From assembly GCA_964413495.1 (NCBI GenBank), contig CAYPRW010000006.1:15603-79602 (forward strand): a stretch of DNA of 64,000 nt, read 5' to 3'. The notes beneath the pieces were generated by a model. It was not told the origin of the DNA. It was given only the letters and a program-made list of their open reading frames with translations, and searched no databases. How positions within the stretch are numbered: position 1 is the first letter of the stretch; each line of letters begins with the position of its first letter. The translations under genes and the position numbers were made by a program. Source of the DNA: an uncultured Stakelama sp. (GTDB lineage: Bacteria; Pseudomonadota; Alphaproteobacteria; Sphingomonadales; Sphingomonadaceae). Below are positions 1 to 10,153 of the stretch, piece by piece.

Positions 1-788
1 TAGAGGTCAATCAATCGCTGATATTGGACGCGATCGGACTTGTCGATCCGGCCGTGAATGGTGACGCCGGGCAGGCCGCGCGCCGCATGCGGACGCGCGC
101 CGACGATGTGCAATTCGGTGTCGCCCGTCCGCCGCCGCAATTCGCGCCACACCTCCAGCAGCAGGGGCCCGCCCTTACGCTCCCAGTCATAACCGACGAA
201 CAGCAACCGCAACGGACCGTCGAGCGTCGGCTGATGAAAGCCCGGATCGATATCGAGATTCGCGCCCATCGGCACCGCCCGGAACATCGCCGGCTGCATG
301 CCATAGGTCTGGCAAGCCGCATCGACCGCCCATTGCGAGCACAGCAGCGCGCGATCGATCCGTTCCAGCAATGCGCGCTGCACCGTTTCGCCCTGGTTGC
401 GGGCGCGTTGGTGAAGGCTGTGATATTTGCGGTAATGCGCGATCACCGTCGCATACATCGCATCGGCGGCGTAGACGATCGGCCATTTCGGATCGATATA
501 GGCGATCTTGTGCGCCGCCGCGACCGCCACGATCGCATCGGGTTGCAGCTTTTGAAGTTGCCGGTCGATGACCTTGCTGTAATGCTGTGCGACGACGTGA
601 CGACGCCGTACCGCGAACCCAACCCGTTCAAGCATCGCCGCCCTGGTCGTGATCCAATCCAGCGAGGGTGTCTCGACCACGTGCGTGTCGGGGAAACGAC
701 GCAGCACTTCGCGATGGCTGTACCACGGAATGCCACTCCACGAGCTTCGCGAGAATGGCGTCGCGAGGGAGATATAGGCGATACGCAA
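1..788 (-). CDS. Glycosyltransferase family 4 (3' end runs off the window)
   Basis: Not in ORF track; hand translation from TTG at 788 (GAGGA upstream): MRIAYISLATPF...VPMGANLD...LRLLFVGYDWERKGG...LHIVG, typical GT-B/GT4 motifs; open to base 1. Confidence 0.85.
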   Translation of the reverse strand, partial: MRIAYISLATPFSRSSWSGIPWYSHREVLRRFPDTHVVETPSLDWITTRAAMLERVGFAVRRRHVVAQHYSKVIDRQLQKLQPDAIVAVAAAHKIAYIDPKWPIVYAADAMYATVIAHYRKYHSLHQRARNQGETVQRALLERIDRALLCSQWAVDAACQTYGMQPAMFRAVPMGANLDIDPGFHQPTLDGPLRLLFVGYDWERKGGPLLLEVWRELRRRTGDTELHIVGARPHAARGLPGVTIHGRIDKSDRVQYQRLIDL

Positions 789-877
789 TTCGGCCGTTCC
801 TCATGCCAGCGATCCGAATGTCGCCATTTGCCGGGTTCCTATCACCATATGCTGAATTTTCGCCTGATAATCACGCG

Positions 878-1909
878 ATGAACCACACGGTCTCGGTCAT
901 CATCCCCGCATTCGACGCGGCCGACTGGATTGCCGCCGCCGTGGCGTCGGCATGCGCGCAGAGCCATCGCGATCTGCAGGTGATCGTCGTGGACGACGGA
1001 TCGCGCGACGAAACGGCGGCGATCGTGACGGAAATGGCGCGCCATGACGGCCGCATCCTGCTGATCCGGCAGGCCAATGGCGGGGTCGCGCGGGCGCGCA
1101 ACGCCGGGATCGACGCGGCGGTGGGATCGTTCATCGCGCCGCTCGACGCCGACGATATCTGGGCGCCGCGCAAGATCGAGCTTCAGCTCGACGCATTGAT
1201 GCGCGCGCCGGCGGGGACCGCGCTGGCGTATGGCTGGTATCGGCGGATCGATGCGGCGAACCGCGTCCTGCCGGTCTCGCCCTATCCGCGGGTCGAGGGC
1301 CATGTGTTGCTGCGCCATCTGGAATGGAACTTCATCTCCAACGGCAGTACGCCGCTGGTGCGCGCCGAGGTCGCCCGCGCGATCCGCTATGATCCCGCGT
1401 TGCGCGACGCCGGGAATGAGGGGACCGAGGATTATCTGTTTCAACTGCAGGTCGCGCGCGATCACCGGTTCGTGTGCGTGCCCTGCTTTCTCACCGGCTA
1501 TCGCGCATTGCCGTCGTCGATGGGCGCGAACGCGCTGCGCATGGCGCGATCGCATCTTCAGACATTCGCGATTCTGGCGCGCGACGCCCCGCCTCACGCC
1601 CGGCCGATCATCGCACGGCGGCGCGCCGACTATCGGCTGACGATCGCGGGATTGCTGGCGCGCGCGCGCGACATGCGGGCGGCGGCGGCGTTCACGCACG
1701 CCGCCGTCACCCATCCGCGTGCGCTGTTGCGCGCCACCCTGCGCAAGCTCCGTCCGCCGTCGCCCTTCGTGGCGGCGGCGGGTTCGGCCGTGGATTTTGC
1801 AAGCAGCGACATCACCCTGCCCGACGGCGCGTGGGAAACGCGGCGATCGCCACGGATGCTGGCCCGGCTGGCGGAACTGGACGCGAACGCCGATCCATAC
1901 GCCCGCTAG
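878..1909 (+). CDS. Glycosyltransferase family 2
   Basis: MNHTVSVIIPAF...VVDDGS...GVARARNAG...PLDADD; start trimmed from ORF 668..1909. Confidence 0.92.
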   Translation: MNHTVSVIIPAFDAADWIAAAVASACAQSHRDLQVIVVDDGSRDETAAIVTEMARHDGRILLIRQANGGVARARNAGIDAAVGSFIAPLDADDIWAPRKIELQLDALMRAPAGTALAYGWYRRIDAANRVLPVSPYPRVEGHVLLRHLEWNFISNGSTPLVRAEVARAIRYDPALRDAGNEGTEDYLFQLQVARDHRFVCVPCFLTGYRALPSSMGANALRMARSHLQTFAILARDAPPHARPIIARRRADYRLTIAGLLARARDMRAAAAFTHAAVTHPRALLRATLRKLRPPSPFVAAAGSAVDFASSDITLPDGAWETRRSPRMLARLAELDANADPYAR

Positions 1910-1919
1910 CGTCAAAAAC

Positions 1920-2912
1920 TCAGTCGTTCAGGCGGACCGGCGACGGGGCCAGAGTATCGGCGCCCTGCTGGATCTGCTCACGGAACCAGTCGAGTGTGCG
2001 CTTCACGCCGTCCTCATAGCTGATATTGGCCTGCCAACCCGGAAGCACCTGCCGACAGATGGTCAGATCGGGCCGCCGATTGGTGGGGTCCTGCGGGATC
2101 GGCGGACACCGCTTGATCCGCGCGCCAGGCACCAGGCTGACGATATAGTGCGCCACTTCGGCCACCGAAATCTCGCGATCGTTGCCGACATTGAGGGGGC
2201 CGCCATAAGTGATGCCCGTATCGCGCCAGAAGAACCGTTCGAGCGCATCGACGATGTCGTCGACCTAGCCCCAGCTGCGCGTCTGATCCCCTTCGCCATA
2301 CAGCGTCAGTTCGCCATGGGTGAGCGCCTGGCTGAGGAAGTTCGAGACGGCGCGGCCATCGTCGGGGCGCGTACGCGGACCATAGACGTTGAACAGGCGG
2401 ACCACGCGGATCTGGATGCCGCGCGTGCGCTGGCATTCGAACAACAGCGCCTCGGTACAGCGTTTGCTTTCGTCATAGGACGAACGCGGGCCGGTGCAGT
2501 CGACAAAGCCGCGATAGGATTCAGGCTGTGGCGTCACCAGCGGATCGCCATAGACTTCCGATGTCGAGGCAAAGCTGATGCGTCCGCCCGGCACCAGCAT
2601 CTCGACCAGGTTGAGCGCGCCGACCAGATTTGCCCGGATCGTGCGGATCGGCTCGCGCATGTACCAAGGCGGCGAGGCGGGCGAGGCGAGATGCACGATC
2701 TCGTCGAATTTCTCTGCGGTCGCGAAATCCTCGACATTGCTGTCGACCAGATTCAATCGCCGGTCGGCAATATGCGAGAGATTGGACGCCAGGCCAGTCC
2801 AGAAATTGTCCACGACCACCAGCGTTTCCAGATCGGACCTGCGCAGCAGCCGATCGACGATGTGCGATCCGATGAACCCCGCGCCACCCGAAACGAGAAC
2901 TTTCTTACCCAT
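1920..2912 (-). pseudogene. UDP-glucuronate decarboxylase (UDP-xylose synthase, extended SDR) interrupted by in-frame TAG at 2265-2267
   Basis: GGAGFIGSH, HLASPASP, STSEVYGDP, YDESKR, FNVYGPR; after TRSWG-TAG the same frame continues VDDIVDAL...PLNVGNDREIS...DPTNRRPD to stop at 1920. Confidence 0.85.
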
Positions 2913-3026
2913 AGACCACCCCCACCGAGACATGAGCCTTGGCCCGGTTGATCGTTTGTTCAAACCATTTGCCGTGAAAAGCAATGGATGTTGCGGCGCA
3001 TTGTACCGAAGTGACGCACCGATGGA

Positions 3027-4232
3027 TCATGCGCGACCCAGCGCGATCACCGCGTTGAGCCCGCCAAATGCGAACGAATTGGACAATGCCGCCCCGAATG
3101 CCAGCTTGCGAGCGCCCTCTGGCACCATGTCGATGCCAAGCGCCAGATCGGGCTCGTCGCAATTCGCGGTCGGCGGTGCGATCTGCTGGTGCAGTGCCAT
3201 GACCGTGACCACCGCCTCAAGCGCACCGGCCGCGCCCAGGGCGTGGCCCAGCACCGCCTTGGACGAAGATACCAGCGGCAGCGTCGCCCCGTCGAACACC
3301 GCGCGGATCGCCGCACTTTCGACCTGATCGTTCATCAAGGTGCCCGTGCCATGGGCGTTGACATAGCCTACCTCGTCCGGCCGCAACCCGGCATCGGCGA
3401 GTGCAAGGCGCATGGCGGCGGCGGCGCCTTCGATATCGGGCGAGGTCAGGTCGCCGGCATCGGCATTGGCCCCGAAACCCCGCAATTCGGCCAGGATGGT
3501 CGCGCCGCGGGCGGCGGCATGATCCCAATCCTCAAGCACGAGCATGCCCGCCCCCTCGCCCAGGACAAGGCCGGACCGGGTCCTGGAAAACGGCCGGCAG
3601 GTATCGTTGGCCAGCACCCTCAGCGCCTCCCAGCCGAGCAGGGTGCCCGGCGTCACGCACGCCTCTGCCCCCCCGGCCAGCGCCACCTTCACCGCGCCGG
3701 CGCGCACCAGCTGGCCCGCGACGCCGATCGCATGCGTGCCCGAGGCACAGGCGCTGGCGATGGCATAGGCGATGCCGTGCGTGCCAAGATCCATCGAAAC
3801 CTGGCTCGCCGCCGCGTTGCACATCAGCTTTGGAATGGTAAGCGGATGCGCACGCCGGCTGTGCTCGCCATACATGCGATGGAATGAGTCATCGAGCGTG
3901 CCCATCCCGCCCACGCCGATGCCGACGATCGCCGCCGCGGCCTTCAGCGCCGGATCGTCCGACGCCAGGCCCGATTGCGCCACTGCTTCGCGCGCGGCAA
4001 CCACCGCCATCTGCGAAAATCGATCGAGCGCCGATCCACGCCGCGCATCGAAATGCCGATCGGGGTCGAAATCCAGCGCCTGCGCGGCGATCCGGGTCGA
4101 AATCGTTTCCATCCGCACGCAATCGAGCGGGCCGATCCCGCTCCGACCGTCCCGCACGGCGGACCAGGTGTCCAACGCATTCAATCCGGCGGCGGAAATG
4201 GCGCCGACGCCGGTGACGGCAACTCGATTCAA
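3027..4232 (-). CDS. Beta-ketoacyl-ACP synthase II family, NodE-like
   Basis: RVAVTGVG, catalytic SACASG, NAHGTGT, GHALGAAG, SNSFAFGG; WEALRVLANDTCRPFS recalls NodE; TTG start overlaps the ACP stop. Confidence 0.9.
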   Translation of the reverse strand: MNRVAVTGVGAISAAGLNALDTWSAVRDGRSGIGPLDCVRMETISTRIAAQALDFDPDRHFDARRGSALDRFSQMAVVAAREAVAQSGLASDDPALKAAAAIVGIGVGGMGTLDDSFHRMYGEHSRRAHPLTIPKLMCNAAASQVSMDLGTHGIAYAIASACASGTHAIGVAGQLVRAGAVKVALAGGAEACVTPGTLLGWEALRVLANDTCRPFSRTRSGLVLGEGAGMLVLEDWDHAAARGATILAELRGFGANADAGDLTSPDIEGAAAAMRLALADAGLRPDEVGYVNAHGTGTLMNDQVESAAIRAVFDGATLPLVSSSKAVLGHALGAAGALEAVVTVMALHQQIAPPTANCDEPDLALGIDMVPEGARKLAFGAALSNSFAFGGLNAVIALGRA

Positions 4233-4486
4233 GCCGCACCCTTGACGGTCAGCGCCTGTTCCACCAGCGCCACCACGTCGCTCACCTTCTTGAACTGATC
4301 GAGGTTTTCGGTGTTCGCGTTGAAGTTGATATCGATGCCCCAATGATCCTCGATCTCGAACACCGTTTCTATCACGTCGAGCGATTCGAAACCGGCCGCC
4401 TCCAGATCGAGGTCGAGCGTGATCGACGCCGGGTCGCGCTTCAGCTGTTTAGCGATGATCTCGACCACCTGATCCGCAACCGACAT
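4229..4486 (-). CDS. Acyl carrier protein, NodF-like
   Basis: 85 aa acidic protein with GFESLDVIE (phosphopantetheine Ser) and EIEDHWGIDI; translationally coupled to the ketosynthase. Confidence 0.88.
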   Translation of the reverse strand: MSVADQVVEIIAKQLKRDPASITLDLDLEAAGFESLDVIETVFEIEDHWGIDINFNANTENLDQFKKVSDVVALVEQALTVKGAA

Positions 4487-4547
4487 GAACGCTCCCTTCG
4501 ATTCAAGTCATATGCGTAGCCCGTCCGTGTTGCAATGCAACATCGCA

Positions 4548-5885
4548 TCATTCGCGGAATGCGCGGTTGAACTGATCGAAAAGCGGCTTGAGCAGATAGG
4601 AAAGCAGCGAACGCTTGCCGGTCGAGAAAAAGATTTCGGCCGGCATGCCGGACTTCAGCTTCATGCCCCGCAGCCGTTGCAATTCGGCTTCCGATACGCG
4701 GACCCGGACCGGGAAATAGGATGCGCCGGTCCGCTCATCGACGGTCGGTTCGGCCGCAATGTAATAAAGCGTACCCTGCAGTTCGGGTGTCGTCTGGCGG
4801 TTCAGCGTGGTGAACATCACCGTCGAGGATTGGCCCATGTGGATCTGGTCGATATCGTTGGGGCTGACCGCGGCCTCCACGATCAGCGGTTCGCCGTCGG
4901 GCACCACTTCGGCAATCATCTGCGCCGGCGGGACGACGCCGCCGATCGTCTTGTACGCCAGTTTTTCGACGACGCCGGGATGCGGCGCGCGCAACAGCGA
5001 TCGTTCGGCGGCGTCGGTCGCCGCGATCGACCGGATCTTCTGATCGCTCAACTGCGCGTTGATCGCGGCGAGCTCCTGCGCGGCCTGTGTGCGTCCCGTC
5101 TGCTGGATTTCTAGCGCGGATACACGCAGTTCGCCCACGCGCGCGCGCAGCCGCGCGATGTTCGACGCGGCGGATGCGGCGGACGCATCCAGTTCGGCGG
5201 CAGTGCGCTCCATCTGGTTGAGCCGCGTGACGGTGACCAGCTTGCGGTCGTAAAGCGAGCGGACCGAATCAAGCTCGGGTCCGATCAGCGCGCTTTGCTT
5301 GCGCGCCGAATCCATTTGCGATCGGGTGGCCGCGGCCTCCTGTTCGGTCTGCGAGATGCGCTGGCGAATCGCGGCATCCTCTGCCAGGCGCAATTGCGTG
5401 CGGACCTGGAACTGCCGCTGCGCCTCCTGCATCGCCGCAACGGCACTGGGCGAGGGATTGTTGCGCAGCTCGGGCGGGAAATCGATGCTGGCCGCCCCGT
5501 CGCGTTCGGCGGTCAACCGCGCCCGCGCGGCCAGCAGCTGTTCCAGCGACTGGCCCAGCATGGACGCGCTGCCCCCGCTGACGGTGCTGTCGAACCGCAT
5601 GATCGGATCACCCTTGCGCACCCGATCGCCCTCCTTGACGAAAATCTCGGCGATCACGCCGCCGGTCGGATGGGCCAGATGCTTGACGCTCGATTCGACC
5701 GACAATTTGCCCAGGCCGATCACGGCCCCGCTGGTCTGGATCACCGACGCCATCAGGATCAGGCCGATAACCAGCCCGGCAATGACCATATAGGTCACGC
5801 GCAGGCTGCGCCGCAGCTGATGCTGGGGGTCCTCGAACTCGATGATCTCCGCTGGCGTCGCGACGACGGGAGCTTGGAACGACAT
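4548..5885 (-). CDS. HlyD/PrsE-family type I secretion periplasmic adaptor
   Basis: N-terminal TM, HPTGGVIAEIFVKEGDRV, long coiled coil, LRAPHPGVV, GMPAEIF...RSLLSYLLKP. Confidence 0.93.
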   Translation of the reverse strand: MSFQAPVVATPAEIIEFEDPQHQLRRSLRVTYMVIAGLVIGLILMASVIQTSGAVIGLGKLSVESSVKHLAHPTGGVIAEIFVKEGDRVRKGDPIMRFDSTVSGGSASMLGQSLEQLLAARARLTAERDGAASIDFPPELRNNPSPSAVAAMQEAQRQFQVRTQLRLAEDAAIRQRISQTEQEAAATRSQMDSARKQSALIGPELDSVRSLYDRKLVTVTRLNQMERTAAELDASAASAASNIARLRARVGELRVSALEIQQTGRTQAAQELAAINAQLSDQKIRSIAATDAAERSLLRAPHPGVVEKLAYKTIGGVVPPAQMIAEVVPDGEPLIVEAAVSPNDIDQIHMGQSSTVMFTTLNRQTTPELQGTLYYIAAEPTVDERTGASYFPVRVRVSEAELQRLRGMKLKSGMPAEIFFSTGKRSLLSYLLKPLFDQFNRAFRE

Positions 5886-5888
5886 AGG

Positions 5889-7631
5889 CTACTCCGCGGG
5901 GGCCGCGGCGATCGCGGCGTCCGGCTTGGGTTGGTTCTTGATCCGCTCGCGCGCGAGCATGCGGCCGCGCACATCGTCCTTGGGACCGAAATCGGCGATC
6001 CCGCCCTTGCGCAATACCATGGCCAGATTGGCTGCGTCGATGACCGCTCCGGCTTCGCCGACAACCAGGACGATGGCGCCGCGCGCGCGCGCCGCCTGAA
6101 GCGATTCGCCCAACGCCGCCAGACCGTGACTGTCCTGAAAACTGTCCGGCCGGTCGAGCAGCAGCAGGAACGGGTCGCCGAAAAACGCGCTGGCGAGGTT
6201 GATTCGCTGGCGAGTCGATTGCGGCAGGCTGCAATCCACGCCACCGACCAGCGTGTCGTAACCCTGGGGCAGGCGCACGATCAGATCGTGAGCGCCCGTG
6301 ATCTGCGCCGCGCGGACGATCGCGTCGGGATCGACCGTATCGCTGAACCCGGCGATATTCTGGCTGATCGTTCCGGGCAACAATCCGCAATCCTGCGACA
6401 TATAGCCGATATGCCGCGCTCGTCCGCCTTCGCCATATTGCGCCAGCGTCGCGCCATCCAGCCGGACATTGCCGATCGCGTTCGGCGCCAACCCGGCAAG
6501 CGCCCGCAACAACATCGATTTTCCGCTGTCGGACGGGCCGACCACGATCGCGACGTCGCCCGCCGTCATTTCGAACGTGCCGCCCTGAAGCACGACGCGG
6601 CGTTCGCCCGGCGCGGCGATCGCGATCGCTTCGGCATTCAGGGTCTGGCGTGGCGCGGGCAACGGCAGCACATCATCGTCGAGCGGCGGGCGATCCAGTG
6701 TTTCCGCGATCCGCCGCCACGCCGCGCGGCCGCGCAGCAGATCGGCCTGACGCGCGGCGGCTTCGCGCAGCGGCCACAGGGCAAAACCGGCAAGGACGAG
6801 CGCCGCGGCGATGGTGCCCACCCCGGCGCGATCCTGGGCGGCGCGCCAGACGGTGAGCGCGCCGATCGCAATGGTCGCCATCGCCAGCAACGCGCCGATC
6901 GCGATCCGGCTGCGCTGGGTCAGGCGATCCAGCGCCTCGATCGGATCGATCGCCGCCAGCTCCGCATATCTTTCACGCGCCCGCATCGGATGGAGGATGC
7001 CGAGCTGGCGGATGCGCTGGTGCGCGGACATATTCGCGCGCAACAGTTCGTCGCGATCGGCGCCGGCCTGGTCGGCCGCGTCGACCGCGCGGTCGACCGC
7101 AGCGCGGATGACCAGCAACAGCGTCACGCCCACCCCGCCGCCGATCAGCAAGGCGATCGCCATCGGCCAGCCGAGCAGGATCATGACGATCGCATGGATC
7201 GGCAGCACTGCCAGGTCGGCCAGAGCGGCGACGCCACCACCGGTGAGCGCCGTCCGCACCCGATCCATATCGCGCCCGTCCGCCAGGGCCTGCCGCTGAT
7301 CGGCGCCAAGACGATGGGCAGCGGTGACCTGGGCGGCACGAAACGCGATCATGCGCCCCGCCTGGCCGAGCAGGCGCTGTCGCAGCGCAAGCCCGCCGAC
7401 CAGCAGCGCAAGCGTGCCCGCCGCCATGAGGAGGAGACCCGCGATCGTTTCGCCACTGCGACCGGGCAGGGCGATGTCGAGCATCAGCATCGCTTCGACG
7501 GCAAAGGCCACATGCGCCAACAGGCACAGCAACGTGATCGCGACGACCGTGAACGAGACCGGGCGAAGCGCCTGGCGCAGCGGCCGGCCGGCGCGCCAAG
7601 TCTGGATATCGGGCCGATCCGGCGCGCTCAT
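5889..7631 (-). CDS. Type I secretion ABC protein (PrtD/PrsD-like) with degenerate ATPase motifs
   Basis: TMD+NBD layout parallel to 8447..10153; Walker A GPSDSGKS, signature LPQST, Walker B LLLLDR, no switch His. Confidence 0.8.
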   Translation of the reverse strand: MSAPDRPDIQTWRAGRPLRQALRPVSFTVVAITLLCLLAHVAFAVEAMLMLDIALPGRSGETIAGLLLMAAGTLALLVGGLALRQRLLGQAGRMIAFRAAQVTAAHRLGADQRQALADGRDMDRVRTALTGGGVAALADLAVLPIHAIVMILLGWPMAIALLIGGGVGVTLLLVIRAAVDRAVDAADQAGADRDELLRANMSAHQRIRQLGILHPMRARERYAELAAIDPIEALDRLTQRSRIAIGALLAMATIAIGALTVWRAAQDRAGVGTIAAALVLAGFALWPLREAAARQADLLRGRAAWRRIAETLDRPPLDDDVLPLPAPRQTLNAEAIAIAAPGERRVVLQGGTFEMTAGDVAIVVGPSDSGKSMLLRALAGLAPNAIGNVRLDGATLAQYGEGGRARHIGYMSQDCGLLPGTISQNIAGFSDTVDPDAIVRAAQITGAHDLIVRLPQGYDTLVGGVDCSLPQSTRQRINLASAFFGDPFLLLLDRPDSFQDSHGLAALGESLQAARARGAIVLVVGEAGAVIDAANLAMVLRKGGIADFGPKDDVRGRMLARERIKNQPKPDAAIAAAPAE

Positions 7632-7708
7632 CGGAAAATCCTGTAAGGCTTTATGGCGATCCCTATACCCATAGCCTTAAAAAGTCGGAAAACATCTTTC
7701 GGTGACGT

Positions 7709-7736
7709 AAAAAAGGGCGCCGCGAGCGACGCCCTT
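7709..7736 (-). terminator. Rho-independent terminator after small RTX gene
   Basis: Minus strand GGGCGTCGC-TC-GCGGCGCCC followed by TTTTTT. Confidence 0.75.
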
Positions 7737-7774
7737 CTTCACATTGCCGTTGCCGCCGAAACGGCAGGCCGACT

Positions 7775-8293
7775 TCACACCGGGATCGAATCGCCGAGCG
7801 CGGCCTGGAACGCCGTATAGCCATTGCTGATGCGCAGCGTCTGGGTCTGGCCGCTGCCATTGTCGAACGAGATGAACAGCAGGTCGGTCGACGTGCTGCC
7901 GCTATAGGTGATGCGGCCGTTCGAAGCCTCGTACGCATTGGCGAGACCTTCCCAGCTGCTGATGATGGCCGAATCGCCATTGTCGAAGGCGTTGATGCCG
8001 TCGCCGTCCTCGAAGAGGCCGTCAAACTTGCCGAACACGATCCAGTCGCCGTCGCCGAAGTTGAGGTCGAACAGGCGATCGGTGTCCGAAGCGCCTTCGA
8101 TCTGGTCGCCGAAGAACCGGAACTGGTCGGCGCCACCGCCGCCCCACAGCTGGTCATCGCCAGCCCCGCCGATCAGAACGTCGTCGCCCTTGTTACCGCG
8201 AAGGATGTCGTTGCCGGCACCGGCCGAAACGCGCGAACCGTCCGAAAGCGCCTTCAGATCGTCGTCGCCAGCCGTTCCATTCACATTGCTCAT
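7775..8293 (-). CDS. Small RTX (hemolysin-type Ca-binding) protein, likely T1SS substrate
   Basis: Nonapeptides AGAGNDILR, GNKGDDVLI, GGAGDDQLW, GGGGADQFR; no signal peptide; GGAGG before ATG 8293. Confidence 0.85.
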   Translation of the reverse strand: MSNVNGTAGDDDLKALSDGSRVSAGAGNDILRGNKGDDVLIGGAGDDQLWGGGGADQFRFFGDQIEGASDTDRLFDLNFGDGDWIVFGKFDGLFEDGDGINAFDNGDSAIISSWEGLANAYEASNGRITYSGSTSTDLLFISFDNGSGQTQTLRISNGYTAFQAALGDSIPV

Positions 8294-8446
8294 ATTAAGA
8301 CCTCCAAAAAAGACATCAGACTCGACTGAGCGCACTGCTAGCACGCGTCAGCGCAATCATAAATAGAATATTAAGAAATTAAATCGCCTTACCGATTCTG
8401 ACATTGTGCCGGAACGGGATGGCGGCGTCGAGCGCCATCGCAGCTA

Positions 8447-10153
8447 TCAGGCCGGCGAAATCGCCGGTGTCGCGCCCGTCATGTCGAGGATGCGTTCCTT
8501 GCGCTCATAGGCGCGCGGCGCGCCGTTCTGAAGCAGCAGGATATTGTCGATCGCCTGAAGGATCGCCGGTCGATGCGCCACGGCGATGACGATCGCGCCG
8601 CGTGCCTTGGCGGCGCGGATCGCCTCGATCAGCGCGGTTTCACCGACATCGTCGAGGTTGGAATTGGGCTCGTCGAGCAGGATCAGGAACGGATCGCCAT
8701 AGAGCGCGCGGGCCAGCGCGATCCGCTGGCGCTGGCCGCCCGAAAAGAACCGGCCGTCGGTCCCCACATCGCTGTTATAGCCGTCGGGAAGACGCTGGAT
8801 CATCTCGTGCACGCCGGCCTGCCGAGCGGCGTGGATGATCGCTTCGGGTGCGGCGTCGGGATCGAACCGCGCGATATTCTGCGCCACGGTGCCCTGCAGC
8901 AGTTCGACATTCTGCGGCAGATAGCCGATGCACCGGCCAAGCCGGTCGCGCGGCCATTGGTCGAGTTCGGCACCGTCCAGCCGAACGCTGCCGGCGGCGG
9001 CGGGCAGGATGCCGGCGAGCCCGCGGATCAGGGTCGACTTGCCCGATCCGCTTGGCCCCATGATCGCGATCGCCTCGCCGGCGAACGCCAGGAACGAAAC
9101 GTTGCGCACGATCGTCGCCTTGCCGCCGGGCGCGGTCAGCGCGAGCGCCTCGACCGACAATGCCGCCTTGGGCAGCGGCAAGGGCTGGAGCGGAACCGGC
9201 TGCTCGAAATGGCCGAACGCTTCCTTGAGCCGTTCCCAGCTCTTGCGCGTCGAGATGTAGCCTCGCCAGTTCGCGATCACCAGTTCGATCGGGGCCAGCG
9301 CGCGCGAGGACAGGATCGAGCTGGCGAAAATCACCCCGGCGCTCGCCTTGTTCTCGATGACGAGGATCGCGCCGACCGAAAGCACCACCGACTGGAGGAA
9401 CATCCGGAACACCTTGCCGATACTGCCGAGCGTGGCGGCGCTGCTGCTGATCTGCGTGTGCGCGGCGAGATAGTCGCGATTGGATCTGCGCCACATGTTG
9501 CGCAGCCGGTGATCCATGCCCATCGCATACAGCGCCTCGGCATGACGTCGGCTGGTGTCGATCACATCCTGACGCTGGCGCGACAGGTTCAGCATCTTTT
9601 CCATGCCGGGGCGCGTGACCCGATCGGTGATCAAGGTGAGCACCACCAGCAGCGCCGCGCCGACCAGAACGGTGACCCCGATCCAGGGATGCAGCAGGAA
9701 CAGGATGGCGATGAAGAACAACACCCAGGGAAGATCGACAAAGGCGGTCGGCCCGGTGCCGGACAGAAATCCGCGAATCTGGTCGAGATCGCGCACCGGC
9801 TGATTCGCATCGACGTTCGGCAACCGGCGCGCGGCGGTGACGACGGCGCCATGCACGCGGTTCTCCAGCGCCGAATCGACCGCGCCCGCCATATGGATGA
9901 GCACGCGCCCGCGGATCACCTCAAGCACCGCCTGGAACGAATAGGCCGCGATGACCAGCAGCAGCAGGCCGGCCAGCGTCGCCTCGCTCCGGCCCGGAAT
10001 GACCAGATCATAAACGAGCATCATGTAGATCGAACCGGCCAGCAACAGGATGTTGAGCAGCGCGCTCGCAACCGTGACCCCCATCATCGCCGAACGGATC
10101 TGTCGCCGGATGGGCTGAAGCGGTGACGGCGTGACGTTGCGGTTTCGGATCAT
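8447..10153 (-). CDS. Type I secretion ABC permease/ATPase (PrtD/PrsD family), canonical
   Basis: YMMLVYDLV, GPSGSGKST, FSGGQRQRIALARA, LLDEPNSNLD, VAHRP. Confidence 0.95.
   Translation of the reverse strand: MIRNRNVTPSPLQPIRRQIRSAMMGVTVASALLNILLLAGSIYMMLVYDLVIPGRSEATLAGLLLLVIAAYSFQAVLEVIRGRVLIHMAGAVDSALENRVHGAVVTAARRLPNVDANQPVRDLDQIRGFLSGTGPTAFVDLPWVLFFIAILFLLHPWIGVTVLVGAALLVVLTLITDRVTRPGMEKMLNLSRQRQDVIDTSRRHAEALYAMGMDHRLRNMWRRSNRDYLAAHTQISSSAATLGSIGKVFRMFLQSVVLSVGAILVIENKASAGVIFASSILSSRALAPIELVIANWRGYISTRKSWERLKEAFGHFEQPVPLQPLPLPKAALSVEALALTAPGGKATIVRNVSFLAFAGEAIAIMGPSGSGKSTLIRGLAGILPAAAGSVRLDGAELDQWPRDRLGRCIGYLPQNVELLQGTVAQNIARFDPDAAPEAIIHAARQAGVHEMIQRLPDGYNSDVGTDGRFFSGGQRQRIALARALYGDPFLILLDEPNSNLDDVGETALIEAIRAAKARGAIVIAVAHRPAILQAIDNILLLQNGAPRAYERKERILDMTGATPAISPA

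Noticed and set aside
2265..2267. Programmed amber readthrough or pyrrolysine
   Set aside because: No pyl genes visible, the position is normally Tyr, and other genes here use TAG as a true stop
8371..8393. CtrA box upstream of the RTX gene (and TTAA at about 10212 before the spike genes)
   Set aside because: Spacing does not fit TTAA-N7-TTAA; only half-sites
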